This document shows, piece by piece, positions 24,679-36,072 of a stretch of DNA of 64,000 nucleotides. The translations under genes and the position numbers were made by a program. This DNA comes from Eledone cirrhosa (lineage: Eukaryota): NCBI GenBank assembly GCA_964016885.1, contig OZ024748.1, positions 28,086,001 through 28,150,000 of the forward strand, given 5' to 3'. Under the pieces are notes generated by a model. That model was not told the DNA's origin and searched no databases. It was given only the letters and a program-made list of their open reading frames with translations. Positions within the stretch are counted from its first letter, which is position 1; each line of letters begins with the position of its first letter.

Positions 24679-25023
24679 ATGTTGATATATTTTTTTCTTT
24701 TGTGACAGTATCTATGGCAACGTCCATAGCAGCAGAAGCAGATATAACGTTAATATCTGCTTCTTTCTCTCTCTTTTCACTATTAACGTTCTCCAGCGTT
24801 CTAGTATTGCTCAAGTTTTTTTACTTTGTAAAATTTGATATTTTAAGACAAACTTTTAAATAAAATTTTCGCCCCTACAGGGGCGAAAAATGGGATTACC
24901 ACCCAGCTGACAATTCAGCTTGGGGGTTAATCTACAAAGTGTTGTATTTTTTTCAAACAATTAGATCGGTTTTTTGCATAGAAATTAACAAAAAACTTAC
25001 CGGCGATATTCCACACGTTAGAC

Positions 25024-25028
<5 letters not shown>

Positions 25029-25107
<79 letters not shown>
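25029..25107. repeat. (GATA)n microsatellite at the Tx1 5' junction
   Basis: Direct sequence. Confidence 0.95.
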
Positions 25108-25369
25108 GCACGTGGATTACTAAATATGAAAAGAAGAACAAAGAAGAGAGTGGTGGTGGTGGTTAAACAAATAAAGATAAGATTGACTATAAGTTTAAGA
25201 CCAGGAAAAAGAAAAGATAGAGAAAATTGTTGAAGAGGTCACAGAACGTATGACGAAAGAACGTTGACAAACAAATGAATAACGAACAATAAAGATAAAT
25301 AAGGCTTGTTTACATAATTACAAACGAATCAAATGTTATAATTAATATTCGAAAAACTCAGATTACATT

Positions 25370-25475
<106 letters not shown>

Positions 25476-25494
25476 ATACACACACACACATAAC

Positions 25495-26120
25495 AAACAA
25501 TAAGACGGTTATATAAGAAAAAATAGACTAACGGTCCATACAATCTTTCCTTTGAAGTAATTGACCAATCCGGTAGCCTGATACCCTAGCTAGTTCACAA
25601 ACAGCTATGCCAACTGTAAATATTTTTCCACTCATAGAATGTCTACTGCATAAAAATACAATAGTAAATGTAAATAAAGTTAATTAGACTATCTTTAATG
25701 TATAGTTGCATTATAACTTCAGCATCTATGAATAAATATCTTAAATTTAAAAGAAAAAATAGACTAACGATCCTTACATGCTTTCCTTTGAACTAATTGA
25801 CCAATCCGGTAACATGATGCTCCAGCCAGTTCAAAAACATCAACGCCAACTGTAAAATATTTTCCTCGCTCATACAATATCTATTACGTTGAAGTTTTTC
25901 CAGACATATGGTGGCTGGTCGCTGAAATGAATAACTCGTCTGACCGCTAGCATATCAAAGGATATTTACATCTCCTGCGGATTTTATCTGATGAGAACAT
26001 GTTTATCTGATGAGAACATTGAAATACATATAATAAAATAAATAGGGATGGACTAAAGTAACCGTCTTATTGTTTATTATTATAATAAAACTCCGGATAA
26101 ACATAAATCGTTGAGTGCTT
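25495..26120 (+). mobile_element. Penelope pLTR-like region with internal tandem duplication and minimal hammerhead
   Basis: AACAATAAGACGGTTA (~25496) is inverted at ~26059; diverged direct duplication 25517-25650 / 25753-25885; CTGATGAGAACATTGAAATACATATA at 26007; TTGAGTGCTT at 26111. Confidence 0.55.
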
Positions 26121-26123
26121 GAC

Positions 26124-26490
26124 ATCTATTATATAAAAATAGCTTGGTTTTAAATAAACCAACTTTCTCTAATTGAATATTACCAGGAGCCTAACATTAT
26201 TTATGTAAGCGGACAGTACTTGATTTAGGAGTCGCAGAAACCCAAATACTGGATTTTACCAACCTTCCAGGGGTCCGGGTAAATTTTAAATCACATATAT
26301 TTTTATTGTTTGACCCGAATTACTTGGTCGTTTCTTTGGCTGTGCGGATGTTTAAATAACCATCGTCTCAGTGTGTTTGGCCTTTAACGTATGTTGTAGC
26401 TCTGGTTCATCTGAATCATCGAGCGCTTGCCACATATCTCGGAAGTTGTTTTTCGTTAATTCCTAAGCTGAAATACGATTCTCGCTAATT
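26124..26490 (+). mobile_element. Possible non-autonomous Helitron
   Basis: Begins A|TCTATTATATAAAA and ends CGATTCTCGCTAAT (CTRR-like); the 3' half is homologous to 775-975. Confidence 0.35.
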
Positions 26491-26694
26491 TATATTTATA
26501 TATATATATATATACATGAATGTATGTATAGTATATTTGGCAATATACCGTATGTTTAATTAAAAACATTTAGAAGACTATACGCTATCAGTTTTAAAGT
26601 AGTGACTATGTCACTTACTTCTTTTCGATAATAATAATTATCGCTCTACATGGCTGAATACAATAAATGTAATCTGAGTTTTTCGAATATTAAT

Positions 26695-26882
26695 AATTGT
26701 TTCTACTTTAGGCACAAGGCCAGCAATTACCCAGTGCATTACTGGTACTTTGTTTTATCGACCCCGTAAGGATGAAAGGCAAAGTCAACCTCGGCGGGAT
26801 TTGAACTCAGATCGTAAAGGGACGTAACTATGCTGGAAAGCATGGCGTCCGACCCTCTACTGATACTGCCAATCCACGCCCT
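26695..26882 (-). mobile_element. Full-length tRNA-derived SINE
   Basis: Same family; TSD TAATAAT. Confidence 0.9.
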
Positions 26883-27028
26883 TTAATAATATTCGATTCG
26901 TTTGCAATTATGCAAACAACCTCTTTTTTAAAGCCATGTCAGTAGAATGCGCCCTTCATTCTTGCTCTTGCGTTGGCATGTATATATATATGTGTGTGTG
27001 TGTGTGAGAGAGAGAGAGAGGGTGTGTG

Positions 27029-27124
<96 letters not shown>

Positions 27125-27152
27125 TGCGTGTGTGTATGTATATATGTGAATA

Positions 27153-27703
27153 TGCGTGGCTCTGTCGTCAGGGAATTCGGCTCACGATCGTAAGGTCGTG
27201 AGTTCGAGTCCAGTCGGCGTGCTGTGTCCTTGAGCAGGCACGTCAAACATGTGGACAGCGGGCCCCATGCGGCCCTTTACAAGCACACCTGAGGCCCGCA
27301 CAAAGATTTTTACAGCGCGAGCACGTTCTATTTTCGTAAAATGTGTTGTAATGTGCGCAATTAGTTGTGGTGTGGCCCTCAGACAACACATATGTGATCC
27401 ATGTGACCCTCGAGCGACCTTCTGTTTGACATGCCTGTCCTTGAGTAAGACACTTTATTTCACATTGCTCAAGTCCACTCAGCTGGCAAAAATTAGTTGT
27501 ACCTGTAATTCGAAAAGCCAGCCTTGTCACATTCTGTGTCTCTCCGAATCTCCAAACTACGTTAAGGGTACGCGTGTTAATGGAATGCTAGCCACTTTCA
27601 CGTTATTTTCACGAGCAGGCTGTTCCATTAATAGGATCAACTGGAACACTCGTCGTCGTAACCGACGGAGTGCCTTCCATTCCATGTATGTATGCATGTT
27701 CTG
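27153..27703 (+). mobile_element. CORE-type tRNA SINE (octopus OR-like) interrupted by a hAT MITE
   Basis: tRNA head with B-box GAGTTCGAGTCC, CORE-like GTGTCCTTGAGTAAGACACTTTATTTCAC, 3' hairpin CGTCG..CGACG and a (TATG) tail. Confidence 0.75.
27235..27437. mobile_element. hAT-superfamily MITE (203 bp)
   Basis: TIRs CAGGCACGTCAAAC / GTTTGACATGCCTG, a perfect 8-bp TSD TCCTTGAG (27227-27234 and 27438-27445), and subterminal GGCCC motifs. Confidence 0.9.
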
Positions 27704-27714
27704 GTTTTATAGTT

Positions 27715-30430
27715 TTATAAATTTGTACCAATAGAGAAAAGGTCGGTTTCTAACATAGATACAAGACTCTGTCATTGGAATTTACACAAAATCAACTTGG
27801 TAGATACGTATGCATGTCTCCATGCGTGCGTGCGTGTGCAGGTATAGATTGGATTGGCATATCGGTAGAGGGTCGGACGCCATGCGTTGCAGCAAAGAGT
27901 TACGGCCCTTTATGGTGTGAGTTCAAATCCCGCCGAGGTTAACTTTGCCTTTCATCCTTACGGGGTCGATAAAATAAAGCACCAGTAATACACTGGGATA
28001 ATTGCTGGCCTTGTGCCAAAAGTAGAAACAATTATATATGTGGTTGTGTATGTTTTGAGTTATATGTGTGCATGTGCATAAGTTTTGTATCTGTACATGT
28101 GTATATGCTGTTATTACATGCAGAATTTCGTAAATGTTTTACATATTTTTACTGTTCCATTAATGTATTGTACTTGTAATTTCCTAACTAGTCGTGTTAT
28201 TTCTGGTTCTGTGAAGCCCAGCTTCTCAAGATTTGTATTGAGGCAGTTACTAACATATCCCAGCGCCCCAATAATCACAGGTATAACTCTGAAGGTGTAA
28301 TCAGGGTGGAGTATCTGCAGATTCCTCATTAGTTCTGCATAGAGATTCTCCTTTTCGTTAATCTTTGATATTATATTGGCATCTACTGGGCAGCTAACTT
28401 CCACTACTGTGTATGCCTTCTTTTCCATGTCCCATATCATTATATCTTGTCTGTTATGCTTGCATTTTATTGGGGTTTTGACTAGAACATTCCACCTGTA
28501 CTCTTTTATATTATGTATATGTATGTCTTCCACATTAATGTATTTACTGTCGGGGCTATCTTTTCTACGGATTGCATTATAGTGTTTTGGCCAGTACATC
28601 ATACCTCATAGGTAGATAGTACCGTGATGACATCTTTAGACAGCTGCTTATGACGTGGGTGACATCTTCGATGTTAATTTTTTCAGGGTCGGCTTTTGTT
28701 TTCACATCTAGGTGTTTTGCCTGCACCCCTATTTCTTTTGTGAATCGGGTATTTTGTGTTGATTTCCTGTTCTTGGATTGCAAAAGCATATCCTTCAAAG
28801 TAAGAGCCAATATAGCGGTTTTTGGTCCAAGATAGACTATTTTGCTTATCTATATTACGCCCACTCTGGGGCCTCTTGGCAACATATCCATGCAATTTCC
28901 CTGGGTGTGAGTTTTTGATTATCATTCACGGAGTATCTTTCAATGAGTTCTTTCCCAACTCTCATGATCTTATCTATCTCATGCAGACAGACTTGCTCAA
29001 TAGATGGGCTCCTACGCTTGGAGGTTCGTAAATGTTGTCAGAGGGATATGATGCGATATTCAAATGCTGTCGAGACAGATATTAGACCTCTGCCTCCCTG
29101 CTTACGTTTCAAGTAGAGGCGGTCTATATCACTGTTGCTGTGGAAGTTTCCGGTCTTATTTAAGATTTTTTCGGGTTTTAACATCAATTGCTTGGATTTC
29201 GTCTATCGTCCAATCGAATATTCCAAACGTTGGTGTTAGGACAGGCACAGCAAACACACTGTGAGCCACTGTTTTATTGTGCGCAGAGAATTCCGATGAC
29301 CATATTTTTCTTAATCGGGTGTAATATGCCCTGGTTACGCGCTCCTTATTACAAATACCATTATAGGATATATTCTCATTTATCCCCAGGTATCTGTAGC
29401 AGTCCTCGTCAGATATCGGTGAACTAGTTAGGCCATAAAAGTGTTGCTAGATTGGGTTGCAGTTTTTCCCCACTTTACAGTCATATATGAACATTTATCT
29501 TGGCCAAACTCCATTCCTATATCCTTTGAGAACGTTGTAACCAGGTCACGATTGTTCTTCATCCCATTTATGTTCTTGGCATAGTTTCAGGTCATCCACA
29601 AAGAAATTATGGGTTAAGTTCGTATTTCTGTCCTTCTGTGAGCCAATGTATACTTCATATTTCTTGACCAAGGGTTTAATGACCGAATAAATAGTAGCAC
29701 AGAGAGACTGTCTCCTTGAAATATACCTCTGTGATATTCTATTTTATCAGTGAAAATAGAGTCATTCTTCTCTGTTTTTAACTTTAGGAGACAGTAGCCC
29801 AAGAAGAAGATAGGTTCTCTATTGTTCTGATAATAGTGTCTGAGATTTTAGCAAGTCAGTGGGCCTCTATCATCTAAGAGTGGGAACAGAATCAAATGCT
29901 TTCCTCTAGTCCAGCCAGACTGTAACCATATTCCTCTTAAGTTGTTGCACCTCTGACGTCGTGGAGTTGTTCAGCATTCCCCCAAACACCTTTCATACCA
30001 GTTGCTTGCTCATCTGTGATAATGTTATTACTATCTCAGTGATTTTGAAGAAATAGGTTCAGGCAGGCTGTATACATTTTATACAACAGGTTTTGACAGG
30101 CAATGTGTCTGTAGTTTATTTTACCAGGTGGGTGTCTTTGTTCTTGGGGACCAGTATTGTTTGTGTTAATGTCAACCACCCTGGTATATGTGCATCTCCC
30201 TTGAGAGCTTGCTGTAAAGGTTGATAAGCTATATCCGATAGAATGTCAGTAGCCGACAATCAAGTTTCTTCCTGGTGTTTTCTTATCTTGGGGTTTTCTT
30301 ATCACAGTCTCAAGGGTATCATCACTTATTCTGTATGTTTTTGTTGTAGTGTAGGAGCAATAGTTCTTTTAGATTTCTTTTAGCCACACTGCACCATGGT
30401 TGAAATTCTTCTTTTCACCCCAACATCGAT
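27715..30430 (-). pseudogene. Decayed R4/Dong-like RLE non-LTR retrotransposon (RT, CCHC region, RLE, 3'UTR)
   Basis: Minus-strand motifs KAFDSVP, GIFQGDSLS, HNFFVDDLK, GMEFGQDKC, EGYAFAIQEQEINTK, EDVTHVISSC and KHNRQDIMIWD..VEVSCP; many stops and frameshifts. Confidence 0.88.
27848..28033 (+). mobile_element. tRNA-derived SINE inserted in the 3'UTR of the R4-like LINE
   Basis: Full SINE sequence; it is absent from the homologous 3'UTR copy near 8000. Confidence 0.9.
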
Positions 30431-30544
30431 TCTATTTTATTTTTCACTCTTTATTGGTGAGGAGTGTAGTTTTTTAATTTTGTTTGCGTGTAAGGAGCAT
30501 TGTCACATATCCTATACATACATATCTTATGTATATGTGTATGT

Positions 30545-31177
30545 GTCGGGTCACTCTTGAGGGCTACTGGTAATATGTAACCCAGTACAACCTGTCGCAT
30601 AGTCGGGTCGTCGGCGACTAAACCGGCAACCCCACCAAGTTTACTTGGTGATGAGGGTGATAATGGACATCCTGCAGGACAAAAAACAAAACCTTACAAA
30701 GGGCGGAAGAACTCCTAAGAGTCAACGGCCATCCAAAAATGTGTAAATATGTATATACACATGTACATATGTATGTATATGTATATATGTATATGCGTGT
30801 GTGCATGTGCATGTATATGCGCGGGGACATAAAAGTAGTCAGGCTGGATACCTGATCGCGCGGTTAAACTACTGGGAGTGAAGGACTGAAGGACCCCTAG
30901 CCTTTGTCAGGGCATTCTTCTAGGAGAAGGCAACTCAGGAAACTGGGATAATTCCGATATAAAATCTGCGGCTCAGTAGTTACCGATGATGTTGATCTTT
31001 TCTTCTTTTCGGGTTATAGCTACTGTCGCTGAGAGAGTGGGATTGGCTCAGTACACAGTCTTTCCTCACTTTAAAAAAAATCTTCACGCACATGCATTGC
31101 ACGATAGCATTAATTGATAATTATTGATAATGTTATATCGTGCAATGACCATACTCGATGACGAGGGGGCAGCCATC
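30545..31177 (+). mobile_element. Full-length RTE-related non-autonomous retroelement (family A)
   Basis: Hairpin-rich 5' end, RTE-UTR motif CTAGGAGAAGGCAACTC, 3' end CTCG-ATGA-CGAG...GCAGCCATCATGTAT; no ORF. Confidence 0.72.
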
Positions 31178-31202
31178 ATGTATATAAATACGTATGTGTG
31201 TA

Positions 31203-31248
<46 letters not shown>

Positions 31249-31797
31249 ATATATACATACATATATGTGTGTATGTGTGGTGAGTGTGTGTATCAATTAG
31301 ATTGTTCCTGTTCCTTCGCCGTTGTTAATCAGGCAGAACGATGTTTCCAGGAGTGGACTACATTGTATAGCGGATAAACAAATAGTGGTTGGGTATGGCT
31401 TCAATAATACCACAACAACGACTGTTGTGGGGTTGGGATGGTGATGGTGGTGGAGTGCCGGTAGGGTGGGGTTTGGGGTGATGGGGGAGGAGGGGCGTGA
31501 TGGTTGTCGTCGTCGCAGTGGTGGTGATCATGGTGATTATTGTGATGGCGGTGGTGGTAGAGGTGATGATGATGGCGATGGTTGTAATGTAGGTGATTGT
31601 AATGATAGTGGTGATGACAATTATGATGATGGCATTATGATGATGGTGATGATGATGATGATGATGGCATTATGATGATGTGATTATGATGATGGTGATG
31701 ATGATGGCAGTGGTAATAATGATGATGACGGTGACGGTAATGATGACGATTGGTGGTGATGGACGTGACGGTAGTGTTAGTGGTAGTGATGATGATG

Positions 31798-31852
<55 letters not shown>

Positions 31853-32089
31853 GTCAAACAGAAAAGAATGCAAATATACAGGAGAAATATATGTTGCTAT
31901 TGTTGTTGTCAATGTATGGCATAAGATAAAATACCTTGCGGTATTGACATCCCTCTATCTTCTGCTTTCAACTCACAATAAAATAACGGATGAAGAGTTT
32001 TTCCTTCTTCTGGGTGGTCGAGATGTCACATAAGATGAGGTAGCAGTCAACTACTTAAATAAGTTATTTTGATCAACTAATTGTAGAAC

Positions 32090-32804
32090 TGGTGGTTCTG
32101 GTAGGCAAATGATGATGCAACGAATGTTCAAAGCACTCGACATTACGGACGTCATCCATCGTAGATGTGGTATTCAGTGGTATTCAGTGGTATTCAGTGG
32201 TATTCAGTGGTATTCAGTGGTATTCAGTGGTTGGCGCAGAAAACGGAGCAAAGTATTTAAAACGACAACAGACGGCCGTACTGGAGGACATGTTGTAAAT
32301 TTTAGTTCTGTCAAATCATTATAGATATTTCAATGGTCCAGCTCCATCATCCAATTATGATGCAAGACAGGGCGGTCTCATCAGGTAACTTCGGCAGAAT
32401 TACAAACCGGGGTTATGTAGAACCCATACTCATCGTAGAAGATAGGGAAAAGAGAAAAACAAGTTGAAAAATTGAAAAGTGAAAAAGGAAAATTTGACTT
32501 GAAGACCGCCCAGGAGTGTTGTATTGTCTGCAGACTGTCTTGCATCATAATTGAATAATTGTTTCTACTTTTGGTACAAGGCCAGCAATTGCCCAGTACA
32601 TTACTGGTACTTTATTTTATCGACCCCGTAAGGATGAAAGGCAAAGTTAACCTCGGGGGGATTTGAACTCAGAATGGCAAGGGCCGTAACTCTATGCGTC
32701 AAAGCATGGCGTCCGATCCTCTACCGATACTGCCAATCCACCGTTGAATATGTATAGTGTAAAATTTACAACATCTCTTCCAGTACGGCCTTCTCTTGTC
32801 GTTT

Positions 32805-32805
<1 letters not shown>
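32090..32805 (-). mobile_element. Penelope pLTR-like repeat with hammerhead and adjacent inverted partial copy
   Basis: Minus CTGATGAGACC...TTGAAATATCTATA at ~32318-32388; 32500-32557 and 32744-32805 are inverted copies of parts of 32258-32380; internal (GGTATTCAGT)n expansion at 32169-32230. Confidence 0.6.
32556..32743 (-). mobile_element. Full-length tRNA-derived SINE
   Basis: Same family; TSD TTGAATA. Confidence 0.9.
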
Positions 32806-32874
<69 letters not shown>

Positions 32875-32985
32875 GGGTTCAATCGGGGGTAACCACACTA
32901 TGTAAAGTACTAAATACGTAGTAGAGTATATACAATATTTCCTGATGATTTCCTTCGAATCATGTAGAAGCCATTTCTATATATA

Positions 32986-33053
<68 letters not shown>

Positions 33054-33117
33054 TGCAACCATATACCTACTTACAGCCAGATAGACTGAACTGTTGAGAA
33101 GGCTGTGTATTAACCAT

Positions 33118-33232
33118 TGGTAGAGTTGATATATAACTTTTCGGCATGTCTTGGCTGTCTGCGTTCTAAGATCAAATCCCATCGAGGTCAACTTTGCCTT
33201 TCATCCTTTCAGGGTCAATAAATAAAATACTG
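33118..33232 (+). mobile_element. Old diverged tRNA SINE
   Basis: TTCTAAGATCAAATCCC..GAGGTCAACTTTGCCTTTCATCCTTTCAGGGTCAATAAA. Confidence 0.65.
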
Positions 33233-33540
33233 AGCCAGGGTCCAGAGGCAGGAGATTGGAGGCATTGTAAAAGTGTCCGACCTAGTGCCTTGCGATATTT
33301 CTTTCCGTCCTTTGCGTTCTGAGTTGGCCTGCAACGTCACCGATGTCGAGCTGCATCGGCCTTTACATTTCCTTTCAACATCATAGTGTCTGCATATATA
33401 TATATGTATATGTAAGTGTATCCAACCATCTTATACCTACTTACAGCCAGATAGACTGAGCTATATATATAGGCACATAGGATAGTGGTTGGAGTGTTGA
33501 ACTTACGATTGTAATGTCATGAGTTCGATTTGTGTGATAC

Positions 33541-34690
33541 TGGTAGAGGTGGTGGTGGTGGTGGTGGTGGTGGTGGTGGTGCTTTTGGTGGTAGAGGTGG
33601 TGGTGGTGGTGGTGGTGGTGGTGGTGGTGGTGGTGGTGCTTTTGGTGGTAGAGGTGGTGGTGGTGGTGGTGGTGGTGGTGCTTTTGGTGGTAGAGGTGGT
33701 GGTGGTGGTGGTGGTGCTTTTGGTGGTAGAGGTGGTGGTGGTGGTGGTGGTGGTGGTGGTGCTTTTGGTGGTAGAGGTGGTGGTGGTGGTGGTGGTGGTG
33801 GTGGTGGTGGTGCTTTTGGTGGTAGAGGTGGTGGTGGTGGTGGTGGTGGTGGTGGTGGTGCTTTTGGTGGTAGAGGTGGTGGTGGTGGTGGTGGTGCTTT
33901 TGGTGGTAGAGGTGGTGGTGGTGGTGGTGGTGGTGCTTTTGGTGGTAGTGGTTGTGATGTTATGATGTTGTTGTTGTGGTGGTGGTGGTGGTGGTGGTGG
34001 TAGTGGTTTTGGTGGTAGTGGTTGTGATGTTATGATGTTGTTATTGTAGTGGTGGTGGTGGTGGTGGTGGTGGTGCTTTTGGTGGTAGTGGTTGTGATTA
34101 TGATGTTGTTGTTGTAGTGGTGGTGGTGGTGGTGCTTTTGGTGGTAGTGGTTGTGATTATGATGTTGTTGTTGTAGTGGTGGTGGTGGTGGTGGTGGTGG
34201 TGGTGGTGGTGGTTTTGGTGGTAGTGGTTGTGATGTTATGATGTTGTTGTTGTTGTGGTGGTCGTGGTGGTGGTGGTGGTGATGGTGGTGGTGGTAGTGG
34301 TGGTGGTGGTGGTTTTGGTGGTAGTGGTTGTGATGTTATGATGTTGTTGTTGTTGTGGTGGTCGTGGTGGTGGTGGTGGTGGTGGTGGTGGTGGTGGTAG
34401 TGGTTTTGGCGGTAGTGGTTGTGATGTTATGATGTTGTTGTTGTAGTGGTGGTGGTGGTGGTGGTGGTGGTGGTGGTAGTGGTTTAGGTGGTAGTGGCTG
34501 TGATGTTATGATGTTGTTGTAGTGGTGGTGGTCGTGGTGGTGATGGTGGTAGTGGTTGTGATGTTATGATGTTGTTGTTGTTGTGGTGGTCGTGGTGGTG
34601 GTGGTAGTAGTGGTAGTGGTGTAATGTCATTGTGGTGGTAGTGTTGGTAGAGGTGGTGGTGGAGGTGGTGGTGGTGGTGGTGGTGGTGAT
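33541..34690. repeat. (GGT)n-based compound minisatellite
   Basis: Units GGTAGA(GGT)nGCTTTT, then GGTAGTGGTTGTGATGTTATGATGTTGTTG variants. Confidence 0.9.
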
Positions 34691-34849
34691 GATGATATGT
34701 TAGTAGTGATAATGTAAATTGTTATTGTTGTCTAGGTGATGGTATGTTGTCATAGCAACAATAATGCCATTTTGAAGGGGAGTTCCCTATATACAATGAC
34801 GTGCTGTTGGATAGTATGGGATGGTATAACATATCGATGTACAGTGAGT

Positions 34850-35840
34850 GTGGTGGTGGTGGTGGTGGTAGTAGTTGTGGTGGTGGTGATGGTGGTGTTC
34901 ATGTTGATAATGATTGTACTGATGATGGTGATGGTGGATTATGTTGATAGTGATGGTCGTGATAGTAATGGTGTTGGTGGTAGTGGTGGTAGTGGTGGTA
35001 GTAATGGTGTTGGTGGTAGTGGTGGTAGTAATGGTGTTGGTGGTAGTGGTGGTAGTGGTGGTAGTAATGGTGTTGGTGGTAGTGGTGGTAGTAATGGTGT
35101 TGGTGGTAGTGGTGGTAGTAATGGTGTTGGTGGTAGTGGTGGTAGTGGTGGTAGTAATGGTGTTGGTGGTAGTGGTGGTAGTAATGGTGTTGGTGGTAGT
35201 GGTGGTAGTGGTGGTAGTAATGGTGTTGGTGGTAGTGGTGGTAGTAATGGTGTTGGTGGTAGTGGTGGTAGTAATGGTGTTGGTGGTAGTGGTGGTAGTA
35301 ATGGTGTTGGTGGTAGTGGTGGTAGTAATGGTGTTGGTGGTAGTGGTGGTAGTGGTGGTAGTAATGGTGTTGGTGGTAGTGGTGGTAGTAATGGTGTTGG
35401 TGGTAGTGGTGGTAGTAATGGTGTTGGTGGTAGTGGTGGTAGTAATGGTGTTGGTGGTAGTGGTGGTAGTAATGGTGTTGGTGGTAGTGGTGGTAGTAAT
35501 GGTGTTGGTGGTAGTGGTGGTGGTGGTAGTGGTGGTAGTGGTGGTAGTGGTGGTGGTGGTAGTAGTGGTAGTGGTGGTAGTGGTGGTGGTGGTAGTGGTG
35601 GTAGCGGTGGTGGTGGTGGTGGTAGTGGTGGTGGTAGTGGTGGTAGTGGTGGTGGTGGTAGTGGTGGTGGTGGTAGTGGTGGTAGTGGTGGTGGTGGTGG
35701 TGGTGGTGGTGGTAGTGGTGGTAGTGGTGGTGGTGGTAGTGGTGGTGGTGGTAGTGGTGGTAGTGGTGGTGGTGGTGGTGGTAGTGGTGGTGGTAGTGGT
35801 GGTAGTGGTGGTGGTGGTAGTGGTGGTGGTGGTGGTGGTG
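34850..35840. repeat. (GGT/AGT)-based minisatellite (27/36-bp units)
   Basis: GGTGGTAGTGGTGGTAGTAATGGTGTT repeated about 19 times, then a GGT/AGT mix. Confidence 0.9.
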
Positions 35841-35981
35841 CATATGAGTTGGTATGTGTGTGCATGTCTTTGAGTGTAGTTATGTGTGTTTCAGTTTGTA
35901 TATATGTATCTGTGTAACAGAGAGTATGTGTGTGTCAGACATGTGCATACAAATGCATCTGGCTATCTATCTATATCTATC

Positions 35982-36072
<91 letters not shown>

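Larger units (their letters stand above)
19196..25028 (-). mobile_element. Near full-length Tx1/L1-clade non-LTR retrotransposon (~5.8 kb)
   Basis: 5'UTR, ORF1 with a zinc knuckle, ORF2 APE-RT-CCHC and a 3'UTR ending AATAAAGAAA; (GATA)n directly at both ends. Confidence 0.9.

Noticed and set aside
34899-35865. His/Tyr-rich or Pro/Leu-rich ORFs on the minus strand
   Set aside because: Antisense readings of the GGT/AGT minisatellite with no unique sequence.
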